Notes under the pieces: generated by a model
The model's database searches: none
What the model saw: the letters and a program-made list of their open reading frames with translations, nothing else
Told to the model about the DNA's origin: nothing
Source: Owenia fusiformis
Lineage: Eukaryota
Direction: 5' to 3'
Length of the DNA: 64,000 nt
NCBI GenBank assembly: GCA_903813345.2
Contig: CAIIXF020000001.1
Coordinates: forward strand, 15,562,001-15,626,000
Position numbers and translations under genes: made by a program
Shown here: one piece after another, positions 1 to 10,622 of the stretch
Layout: every line of letters starts with the position of its first letter
How positions within the stretch are numbered: the first letter of the stretch is position 1

Positions 1-97
1 GGGATATATATGCCTCCTATCGTTCTATGAGACATCACACATGTCAATGGTAAAATATCATACTTCTGCATAATGTTGATACAGAATCAGATACTAA

Positions 98-512
98 GGG
101 GAGGCATCAAAAGTTCAATGTCTGATAGGAAACTAAATAAATCTAGTTTTGAGTTGGACCCCCCCCCCCTCCCCCTCAAAACTAAATACAATGAAAGTTG
201 ATCGCGGACTTTTCACATGTTTTAGCGACTCAATTTGGACTTTCATGGGGGCAGTACTATAACTTATTTATGATTCTTAAAACATGTGCCAACAACAATA
301 GGCATATTATTCCATGTTGCATGCATCTTGGTGAAGAAGGCATCTGGTAAAGTCTTTATTTTTAAACCATTCCAAGGCATTTTGAGTCGAAATTGCAAAA
401 AAATTAAATGTTGAAATTTGTCGGATAGCAAACTGAAATAGCTTTGACCCCCTCCCCCCCAAACTAGATTTATTTAGTTTTCTATCAGACATTGATCTTT
501 TGATGCCTCCCC
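98..512. mobile_element. PIF/Harbinger-like MITE
   Basis: ~52-bp imperfect TIRs (GGGGAGGCATCAAAAG...CTTTTGATGCCTCCCC) flanked by TAA (95-97) and TAA (513-515); no coding capacity. Confidence 0.75.
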
Positions 513-761
513 TAAAACTACACAATAATAATTGATACGGTCAAATATTGAAATTATCTTGACCAGCTGTATGGCTTAAGCTTTAACTTAATCTTCATAT
601 TTTCGAGTCCATTGTGAAAGATTATCTAAGTGTAAATCAATAAATGTCTCATGACTGGATATAAAAATAATTTTAATTATCCCATTCTACTGTTTATAAA
701 ACATTGCTTTTGAATTTTTTATTTAAAAGCAGTTGCCTTAACAATTCAATGACTAATAACA

Positions 762-1612
762 CACCCTATGCAGACAGAGCCTGTGGGAAATATTGGGTGC
801 AGCGCAAATGAGCGGAGGGTGCGGAGCTAACGGTCATTTTTGAATTTAAAATTGGGATATTTCTGAAACTACGCCGTTTTGGGACTTCAAATATACCAAG
901 ATATGTGTATTTGACACCAAATATCAATAAAATTGTGAAAATAGTAGTGCAATTCATTTTATAGCGACGCAGTATGCCTTAAACATTTCCCAGACCTATA
1001 TATTTTGAGACTATCCTTTTAATACTGCGTCCCCAGCATTCATAAAAAATGGTGTTCAAGATACACTACCCATGCAAATTATTATTGCATCTTGGAAGCC
1101 AGGCAGTATCTGTGTGATTTTATAAAAATTCGGAAATGTTCTTCAGATATGAGCCCCCTCTAAATATTGGGTGCGGAGGTACGTTTATGGAGCTCCTCCG
1201 CACCCAATATTTAGAGGGGGCTCATATCTGAAAAACATTTCCGAATTATTATAAAATCACACAGATACTGCCTGGCTTCCAAGATGCAAAAATAATTTGT
1301 ATAGATAGTGTACCTTGAACACCATTTTTTATGAATGCTGGGGACTCAGTATTAAAAGGATAATTTCAAAATATATAGGTCTGGGAAAGGTTTAAGGCAC
1401 ACTGCATTGCTATAGAATGAATTGCGCTTCTATTTTCACAATTGTATTGCTATTTGGTGTCAAATACACATATCTTGGTATATTTGAAGTCCCAAAACGG
1501 CTTAGTTTCAGAAATATCCCAAATTTAAATTCAAAAATGACCGTTAGCTCCGCACCCTCCGCTCATTTGCTCCGCACCCAATATTTCCCACAGGCTCTGT
1601 CTGCATAGGGTG
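762..1612. mobile_element. Foldback non-autonomous DNA transposon with CAC termini and 5-bp TSD (Transib/RAG-like signature)
   Basis: Arms 762-1179 and 1195-1612 are inverted copies around a 15-nt loop; termini CACCCTATG...CATAGGGTG; flanking direct repeat TAACA (757-761, 1613-1617). Confidence 0.75.
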
Positions 1613-1850
1613 TAACAAAGGACTTCAAACATTAAATCACTTCACCAAAATAAAATTGAGCTTCAACAAGTTTCAAAATGAAGCTATGGGTCATAATTTC
1701 TAAAGTCATAATAACTTCATCTCAGTTTCTTTTTCTATTCAAATAATGATCTGATAAAATCTGTAGATTCCAAAATGAAACAATCAAATCTTAAATTAAA
1801 TAATTCCAAAGCAATGTCTCATTGATCACATTTATCAAATTTTGCACTGT

Positions 1851-3332
1851 TTACTCAGTAGTGTCTGTATCCATGTATTTGAATATTTTAATCTGGCTTG
1901 TCTCTTCCCCAACCATGATCTGGCCCTCGTTATTCACAGTAATCGACTGAGGGTGCCTCAGGCCATCATCAATGTTGGCCAGGCACGTGATGAATTCTCC
2001 GTCAATGTTGAACAGCAACACTTGATTCCAATACATATCAGCAACTAAAATGTGACCGTGCCTGTCTGTACATACTCCACATGGGAATCTCAGCTTGACA
2101 CCTTTACATTCTGTGATGACTTTACGCAAGAAGCCATCCTCATTGAAAATCTTTATGGTGCCACATTGTGGGTAAGTGACAATGATGTCATTGTTGATGT
2201 TCGCAGCGCAGTACGCAGCCGCCTTTCCCAATGGAAAGCCAGTCTGCATCATGACATTCTTTGGGGTGGAATCATTCTCACAGATATAGATGCTTGGGGT
2301 TCGCCAATCACAAATCACAAGATCGCCACTCGTGTTGACAGCAATGCCATGTGGTACACAGAAATGACCTTCAAACTGACGAACGAAAGTGTTGTCGGAA
2401 TTGAACACTTTCACGTTAGATTGTGTATCCTGTGTATCTGTTATCAGCATATGGCCATTTTGTAAGATACATATGTCCTGGGGGAGGCCAAACTGAAATG
2501 TTCCACCGACTAACTGCTCCACGATGAAACTTTGAATCTTCCCATTTGTGTTGAATGTTTTCACACGCCTGTTTTTCCTATCGACCACCACAATATCACC
2601 ATTGGCTTTCACTGCAAGGCCAGTGGGCCAGCTACTCTGGGGGTCTCTGTCGGTAGTTGACGTAAACTCTTTCACCAAGACAGCTTTAGCAAGGGTTCCC
2701 CCACCCACAGAACTCAATATTCCAAAACTTTTAGGAAAATCAGCCTCCTTCATTGGGCCTTCTTGAAATATAACCGAGACATGCATAGACATGGAGCGAA
2801 CAAATTCAGCTTGCGCAGAAAGAAACTGTTCTTTTAGTTTATGGCGTAAATCTTCCACATCAAGATCATCTTGGGCAAACACGGTTTCTGCAGATGCACA
2901 GAGTGCCTCCGTAACCTTAAAGTTATTTTTCAATCGTTGTAGCTGATCACTGATCAGCTTCTGGCCATCCTTATATGTGCCTTCAATAGACTTCAAGAGA
3001 TCAGATGAGTAGGTATCTAAACACATTTTCAATATCTTATGCCGGTTAGTTATGTCCTTTGCCAACTGTTCTCTACTATTCCTTATTTCACTTTTAGCAT
3101 TTGTAAGTTTTTCAATGGCTTCTTCAATATCGGGTATTTTAGCTCGTAACTTTGCTACAAGTGATTCGATAGATTCTTGCTGTCTAAAGTTATTACTATT
3201 GTTTGATTTCTCTTTATTGTTGGATGTTGAGAAATCTGTATCAAACAGCGACTTTATTTTCTTAACAGGGGGAACTGGAGTCTCATCCTCTACTGGACTC
3301 CCAGAATCCTCCCTGGTTCTGCGGACTGACAT
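1851..3332 (-). CDS. Coiled-coil + NHL-repeat beta-propeller protein (TRIM2/3/71-like C-terminal architecture), 493 aa from MSVRRT
   Basis: 513-codon ORF; helical coiled-coil segment followed by NHL repeats (WPTGLAVKANGDIVVVD, PHGIAVNTSGDLVICD, PCGVCTDRHGHILVAD, PQSITVNNEGQIMVGE). Minus-strand acceptor TTTTCAG at 3365-3359 precedes the ATG at 3332, so an upstream exon exists. Confidence 0.85.
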   Translation of the reverse strand: MSVRRTREDSGSPVEDETPVPPVKKIKSLFDTDFSTSNNKEKSNNSNNFRQQESIESLVAKLRAKIPDIEEAIEKLTNAKSEIRNSREQLAKDITNRHKILKMCLDTYSSDLLKSIEGTYKDGQKLISDQLQRLKNNFKVTEALCASAETVFAQDDLDVEDLRHKLKEQFLSAQAEFVRSMSMHVSVIFQEGPMKEADFPKSFGILSSVGGGTLAKAVLVKEFTSTTDRDPQSSWPTGLAVKANGDIVVVDRKNRRVKTFNTNGKIQSFIVEQLVGGTFQFGLPQDICILQNGHMLITDTQDTQSNVKVFNSDNTFVRQFEGHFCVPHGIAVNTSGDLVICDWRTPSIYICENDSTPKNVMMQTGFPLGKAAAYCAANINNDIIVTYPQCGTIKIFNEDGFLRKVITECKGVKLRFPCGVCTDRHGHILVADMYWNQVLLFNIDGEFITCLANIDDGLRHPQSITVNNEGQIMVGEETSQIKIFKYMDTDTTE

Positions 3333-4724
3333 TACTATGAGGTGTACGATCTCGTAACCTGAAAAACACAAATAGAAAATGTCACTATACATCGGAATTT
3401 ATGACTGGACATTAGGGACATGTATTAACATCTTAGATCATCTAATAAAAATAAATATGGTATTCTGATGCTGCCCATCACTCCTACATTCAGATCCGCT
3501 ATGCATTATTTTGTAATTTTTTGTCAGATCGCAAGATGCATATAAGGCACATGTGCAATAGCCATGAAGATATGGAAGGGGATTTTAACTTTTATAAAAT
3601 TCTGTATATAATCACTTATAAGAAAACTTCCCACTATCCATGGAGTAATCACATAGATGCCGGCCAGATCTTAAAGATGGGGAGACACAAAATCGTAAAA
3701 TTTCAAAAAAGTGACCACCCTTCAAAGCATACCTACTTCCCCATGACAGATCTTGTGCTTAATCTATAGCTGAGACCTTCATCTTTCTATTTCTACCTTT
3801 TTGGTTTGAGTAAATAAGGTATGGACACTGTAATTTAAAGGAATTCTAGGCGATAAAAAAAAAAATATTGCTTCTGGAACAAGATCAAATGACTTTTACA
3901 TACTGTATACAGTATTCTTTACCCTACCTATTTTGTAATTTAAGTATAATATAAAAAAAATAGAAAAAAATAAAGTAGTTCTTCAAGCTAGCCAAGCTAG
4001 CCTTTATACAGTTTAATCTCGGTATGCCAGCGGTCAAAATGATGCAAAAAGTAACTAATTCGGTTTACTATGGACTGAGATACATCCACAACAATTACCT
4101 CGCTAACAAGTCCTCTTGGGTATATTCTTTCAAATGACGCTGAAAATAGATGTCTAGGTGTGGTGATAAGGTGTAAATTAAATAAATTCTTCAGATTTTA
4201 TTTCATTCTTTGCAATATTTTGTCAATTTTCAACCAGAAGTTCAAAACTAGGTCAAATCGGGACGAATTTGACTAAAAATGGATACTTAGCTCCAACTAT
4301 TGACTTGATTCTTGGCCAACCTTTTTGAAATACTTACTTAGAGGGAAGCCTGACACTCTTATTACCCAGGGAGCACCTGTGTATTTTTGCAAGTGACTCA
4401 TCCTGATCCAAAAGAATCTTGTCGGAATCTTTGAATTAGGTCACCGTGAATGGCATGATGATCAATGATGATCATGATCATCATCATCATTTACTCGAGT
4501 CTCTAGATTACTCGAGGCTAGATGTAATTTCAACTGGAATACTGTGAACTCCATTTGAAAAAAGCTGGCCGGCGTGTCAAATTTATTGAATATTCTAAAA
4601 TTCGCCAGATAAATCATTAATCAAAATGCGACCGGCTCAGCTCCTTGATGAGATATTGCATGATTTCGTCGGGATGTCATCTAAAATTAAAACAAAATGG
4701 CTCCAAAAAATGGTGATATTCCAC

Positions 4725-5549
4725 TAGAGGCAATCTGCACGAGATTCCATTTTTTGGTTCGGTTTTTAGCGCATGCGCATTAAATCAAGCAATTTAATTG
4801 GTTCAAATTATTATAACGCATGCGCAATCAATAACTTATAAGAACATTTTATTTGAGTTAGATGTCACTTACGTTCATTATTTCACAGCAGTCCCAACCC
4901 ATGATGCACCATATAGTGCGGGAATATTTTTATTTAGTGTCAAAACAAAAATTATACACCCAAAACAAATGTAATGACATAATATCAACCTTCCCGGATT
5001 TGTAGACGTGTGTTGTACAAACTTAAGGTCAGGGTGCATGATGGGAAATTTTCTGCTTTCCTCAATTGAGTCACATGTTATTTTTCAAACAAGAATAACT
5101 CCTTCCCCACATTGTCTATGTCTTCCAGTTTTGCACAAAGAGTGCACCTATGTGCCTAGAAAAGACTTGTGAGAAGAATGTTTTGATAAAGTGTATGAAA
5201 AACAAGAAAATTCAGTGAAAAAAATCAGAAAATTTTCAGAATTTTTTTTCACTGAAATTTCTCATTTTTTTTACTTTTTACAAAACAAACCTTCTCACAA
5301 GGCTTTTCTAGGCACATAAGTGCACTCTTTGTGCAAACTTGGAAGATGTAGACAATGTGGGGAAGGAGTTATTCTTGTTTGAAAAATAACATGTGACTCA
5401 ATTGAGGAATGCAGAAAATTTCCGAACATGCACCCTGTCCTTAAACCAAACCGATGGCAGAAAAGCACTTTGAATCATGGGAATGAAGTGCTTCCTTTAA
5501 TGAAAAACCGAACCAACTAAAAACCTAATCTCGCGCATATTGCCCCGAC
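4725..5549. mobile_element. TIR element (MITE) hosting a TTAA insertion; second partial copy at ~51232-51585
   Basis: Imperfect TIRs GGCAATCTGCACGAGATT/AATCTCGCGCATATTGCC; internal sequence repeated at ~51232-51585. Confidence 0.6.
5027..5440. mobile_element. Palindromic TTAA-specific MITE (Kolobok-like, GG termini)
   Basis: TTAA at 5023-5026 and 5441-5444; element is almost entirely one inverted repeat (centre ~5233); empty site seen in the paralogous host copy near 51497 (ACAAACTTAAACC). Confidence 0.8.
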
Positions 5550-6127
5550 TCTGATATTCAAAAACTGGACGAAATGTCGTTAAATGTCTGACATTAGTAC
5601 CTGGCTGTAAATTCTAAGTTAGCGATGCAGAAGATGTGAACTAATACACTGATCACTTCATGTGTGTTTTGGAATTTTTGGTGAGGTAATAAGTCCAAAA
5701 CTCGCAATTCAGATTGTTATGTGGAAAAATGGTGGACATTTGATTTCAAATTTTATGATTACGACTTGACCCGTTATACATGCAGAAATTTATCTTTGGA
5801 CGAAGGCCACGATAGGGTGGCCTTAGAAGAAGGTAAATCATCATGATCATGATGATCTGTGATGTTGAAAAAGAAAAATCCAATGCACATGATTCTTTAG
5901 ACAATCATTTAGGGATAACAACGATAGATTGTAGGCTTCAATAAATAAATAGTACTTACAATTTAAGGAAATGTGGATGTTTGTAATACCAGTGGCGCAC
6001 TATCCGCAATACAGTGCAATAAAGCGATTCTTTCTTTCTTTTTGGTTTTCTGATTTTTGCTTACCGGAAGTCTCGTCCAAGTCTCGAGCAAAACGAGAAC
6101 TCAAAAACAGAAAGTAATATTTTGAAA

Positions 6128-9100
6128 ATGGATTCTATCATTGGTTTACTCCCTGATTCCATTAGGAAAATTCCAGTTCACATGGTAAAGTAAAAGTTTA
6201 CTTATCAGACTTTCTGTTGGTAGCAAAAGTTAAAGTAATTATCCCATTTTTGCTCTGAAATAAAGGTCAATATTTTAGGTTGATTTTCACTCATGGATGC
6301 TGCTGTGAATGAAGTACACATCATCATGCAGCAACAATGATCTAATGTACAGATTATTACAGAAGAATGTATTACTTGCTCTTCTATACATAGATTAGAA
6401 ATAAGATTGAGCAGTCCAAATCCTAGTTGTTCACTGTAAATAAACCATGACGGGTTACTCGAGTCTAGCCAATTCTGGCTACAGTGGGGAACATAAAGAA
6501 TTACTATACATGTAGCTATGAAAATTACATGCTGTCGCACATGTAATAAATCCTTACCTCAGTGTATTCATTGCTCTATTTTCTCCGTTCTAGTAAGTCA
6601 TTAATTCAGACTCTTCAAATTTTGAGGTGATTTTGGAGCCCGATTACGCCACAATGAGGATTGGCTCCCAGAATGCAACATGATACGTGCCAACTTTCGT
6701 AATGCCGTTCTGCCATTTTGAAACCTGTCACGAGTAAATAAGGTTAACTGGTGTTGCATTCTGGGAGTCAATCCTCCTTGGATCACAAACATGGCGATTC
6801 ATGAAAACATTTGTTCAATTTGGTAGGCCCATTTGAGTTCTATTTTTATTAGCTCACATGGTGAGCTTTTGCAATCACTCACTTGTCTGTCTGTCTGTCC
6901 ATGCGTGCGTCCGTCCGTCAACAATAGTGGCACTTTTTAAAACCCCTGTCGATAGGATTCCCGTTTTAAGTTATTTTTGTTCAACATCAATACAAAAAAC
7001 TCCTCTATGACTCCTGGTTCAAAATCTCGCCTATTTTCAAAATGGTCCCTATTTTAGTCTTGCGAAACTCACTTTTGGCCCATTTCCTAGGTTTACAAAT
7101 AATTTCAGGTGTCCTACATTGTAAAAAGCCATGTCACTGTAAAGAGTAGTTGTATGATTTGTCCATCTGTCTTGCGAAATCCTCTTTTGGACCATTTGCC
7201 TAAAACCCCTATCGATAGGATTCCAGTTTTAAGTAATTTTTGTTCAACATCAATACAAAAAACTCCCCTATGACTCCTGGTTCAAAAGCTTGCCTATTTT
7301 CAAAATGGTCGCCATTTTTGTCTCGTAGAATTCACTTTTGGCCCATTTCCTAGCTTTACAAATAATTCCACGTGTCCTGCATTGTAAAAAGCCATGTCTT
7401 TGTAAAGAGTAGCTGTATAAAATAATTTTGTTACAAAAAGCCGGCAAAAAATTATATCAGTTTTTTTTATTTGTTGTCATTTTAGCCATCATTCACTTTT
7501 GAGCAACACAATGTGAGCCCAGCACCCACGGTACTATTTTTTAACTTATTTCCTCCCCCTCCCCCGAATAGTCATTGATTAGTTTATATATGATGAAGAA
7601 TAATTTTAGAGACTCAGCTTAACCTTCTGTTTCAGGATTATGAAGGCCAGAAAAAAGCAGAGAGAACATTCCAAGTCATCATAGTATTATTTGCTGTAAG
7701 TACAATAATTATATACTTTGAACTATTAGCTTAAGGGTATCTACAAGAGAGAGCTGTCACTGTGTACCAATTTACTGTAACTTTATATAAAAATTTTAAT
7801 TCTTCTTAGATTTACAACTTTAAGTTATGTATATACAGTATTAAATTATTAAAAATTGAATTAAAATATAGAAATGTCCTTTAACTCTCACAGGAATTAC
7901 TGTAACATGTAAGGCCCTCGAATTTACTTATTTTACTTGTAAACGGTTGTCAAATATTTTCTTGTGTTATGAAAAATAAATCTGTATAAATCCTCCCTCA
8001 TTTGGAAGGAACTTTGCAGTACTAGAAAATTATATGAAATGTGTGTTCATTTGGTCTCAAAAAGAATTATATTTTCTCATATGACTAACAAAGATAGAGC
8101 CATCTTTACCCCATGCAAGATATTGCCATCTTTTATCCTAAAAAGTCACACGTGCAAGATAAGATTTATTTATGACATCACGGGTTTAAAAACATCATCA
8201 ACATGACAACTGATACACCGTTACTATGAGTATCCATGCTCATTCTACAAAATAAGTTGTGACGTCTTAACAATCAGACTTTGTTGTCACGCGTAACCAG
8301 GTGTTTTTACAACATTGTTATGACGTCATAACAATTGAACGATGAAGTTCCATTAATTTGAAGCTATTTTTCACTCTGTTTTATCATAAAAAGGTGAAAA
8401 TATGGCATAATACAGAGTCATATGAGAGAAACTTTCTTATACTCGTACCAGTGCAATATCGTCCATTCTTGACTCGCTTTGATAATGTTTCTTTATCTCG
8501 TCTGCGACTCGATAAAGAAGAATTATCAAAGCTCATCAAGAATGGACGATCTTGCACGGGTACTCATATAAGAACCTCTATATATAATAGTAGTCTCGAG
8601 GGACAACCCCCGTATACCGAAGATTTCAGTCAATGTTAACATGGTTAAGGGTATACTACTTCTCCTCTACAGACCCTAAAACTTTCCAAATGCACGATAA
8701 ATATGATCTAGACGAGAATTTTCTGTCGTATAACTTCTCTGCCAGATTATGTCCCGTCTTGTCCCGAAATATTTTTGTCCCTGGGTGACATCCTTATATA
8801 ATAGTTAAATATGTCTAAGTTGGACACATTTGGAAAATTTTGGTACCCCTAAAAAATAAAAAGTGTTCTACTTGTGAACTGTTCCACTTGGTTCATTTAA
8901 CATTAAGTCAGTTCATCTTGGGACTCTGAAAAGTGTTCCACTTCTAGAGGTGCTCCATTTTACAGATTTCACTGTTAAAAGTATTTGGGCATGAAGATGC
9001 ATTTATTGTAGCACCCATCTGGGCCTATATTGTTCTTGATTAATAACACTCCTTGTTTTTCAGATTGTAGGATTTCTATGGGGATATGCTTGCCAACAGT

Positions 9101-10024
9101 TTTCTCAGACAGTCTATATACTGGGAGCAGGATTTGCTTTAAGTTGCATAGTAAGTTTAGGTTGTGAAGTAGAACATACTATTTTGTAACCAGGATATTT
9201 TGGTCCTATTTATTTTCAAAGCTATTTGAAATTTTTCAGCAGATTTATAGAAACTTGTCAATAATAAATATAGTATATCTATCATGGGCGTAGCGGCCGG
9301 TACGCTGGGTACGCACAGGCGTACCAGATGGTTGCAAATTCACTCCAAATACAACCAAATTTCAAAATTTTCCCCCCTGAATGCTCGTTTTTTGATCCAC
9401 TCAACTCTTGTTCCCGTGGTGGTGGCGTACTTCTTAGAAAAATAGCACTACGCCCATGTCTATATTGACATTATGTTATTGAATAAGTATACATTTTATA
9501 TGAAATCTTTTATTTTATGAAATAGCATGGCTCAAACTATATAAAAATGTTTCTAAAATAATAAACATGCTGTACTCAATTCGACCTTTAATTTGAATCT
9601 TTGACCTACCAGATGTTTGAAAATCAAGGAACATATTTCTTCAAACTCGGTGCATTGCTTTATTGTTAAGAGTCCCTCGTTTTAGCAGCGTGTTGGTCCC
9701 CAGCTGTTAGAAGCTACAACAGAAAGGCATTTTTGTTATGATTTGAATGGTGCAAGTTTGAAGAAAAACAGTGCAGTATAAGACTCGTAATCCTTGATTT
9801 TCAAGCATGTTGTAGGTTAAAAATTCAAATTAATGGTCAAAGTTAGAACCGTGTCGTAAAATGAATTAACATTTTAACTTTTACAACTTCAGATAACATT
9901 ACCCCCCTGGCCAATGTACAGAAGCAACCCAATACAGTGGCAGAAACCTAGACCAAAAATTGATGACACTGCAAAAAATACGAGCTCGCCGCAACAGGCT
10001 GTAAAACCAAAGAAGAAGAAATGA
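6128..10024 (+). CDS. SPCS1: Signal peptidase complex subunit 1 (SPC12), 111 aa, 4 exons: 6128-6184, 7636-7695, 9064-9150, 9893-10024
   Basis: Manual splicing at GT-AG sites gives MDSIIGLLPDSIRKIPVHM-DYEGQKKAERTFQVIIVLFA-IVGFLWGYACQQFSQTVYILGAGFALSCI-ITLPPWPMYRSNPIQWQKP...KKKK*, matching the SPCS1 hallmarks MDYxGQxxAE, two hydrophobic segments and LPPWP. Confidence 0.93.
6530..6830. repeat. Dispersed repeat, second copy at ~63365-63680
   Basis: Shared blocks TGCTGTCGCACATGTAATAAAT, GGATTGGCTCCCAGAATGC, TGTTGCATTCTGGGAGTCAATCCTCCTTGGATCACAAA. Confidence 0.7.
6849..7540 (+). mobile_element. Helentron-associated non-autonomous element (HINE/DINE-like), family A
   Basis: 5' AGCTCACATGGTGAGCT hairpin, (GTCY)n microsatellite, internal tandem duplication, 3' sub-TIR ATGTGAGC plus stem-loop, T-rich flanks. 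Confidence 0.7.
9283..9458. mobile_element. hAT-like MITE with 5-bp TSD
   Basis: TIR CATGGGCGTAG/CTACGCCCATG; TSD TCTAT (9278-9282, 9459-9463). Confidence 0.7.
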
Positions 10025-10489
10025 TCTGTAAATGATATATGAGCTCCACCTATATTTGACTTTTGATATAGTGCAAAGTTACTATAAGTGTATAGCCTAA
10101 ATGTGTAGAATAATATTTAGAAAATGTCATATACCTGGCTGGCCTATTTGTAGTCTTCAAAACTTTAGTCAAAACACTGATATGTGATCTTAGATCACCC
10201 AGGGAAATAAAAAAAAATGTTGCAATATATATTTTTTCATTTCACAATGAATATTTGAATGAATATTTATGGAATTATGTACCATACACATTACAGTATC
10301 TCTAAATCCTAGGTATTTCTATGGATCACGGTTTATGTTTGTTAAATGTTGTCATGTAAATTACAAAAATTTCACTAAATGCATAAACTATTGAACATTC
10401 AATGTTAAGTTCAGATGTTTATAAAAAATTAAAATGAAATATATTCAAAATTTCAAATTATCCACATTAAAGATATTTTTATTTTACTA

Positions 10490-10622
10490 TTTTTATGTCA
10501 CCACCATAAGTTGTGACATATTGTTGTAGTCTTCAACTTTTGTGGATGGTGTTTGTCATTTGGTGTTTAGCGCCTGTAACAAATGGTTTGGTGGTGACAT
10601 TTTGCATGTTAATGCCCTGTTA
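10490..10622 (+). repeat. Short dispersed repeat; related copies at ~19272-19380, ~20130-20205 (reverse) and ~44636-44795
   Basis: Shared TGTCACCACCA...GACATATTGTT..AGT.T.CAACTT..GTGGA.GG and GGTGGTGACATTTTGCATGTTAAT. Confidence 0.6.

Noticed and set aside
766-1608. Two near-identical 63-aa ORFs on opposite strands
   Set aside because: By-product of the foldback arms; no recognisable protein features.
2052-3357. Plus-strand ORFs of 72-137 aa
   Set aside because: Antisense shadows of the NHL coding exon.
3333-3392. N-terminal 20 aa of the 513-aa ORF (MYSDIFYLCFS...)
   Set aside because: Runs through a polypyrimidine tract and AG acceptor at 3359, so it is mostly intronic.
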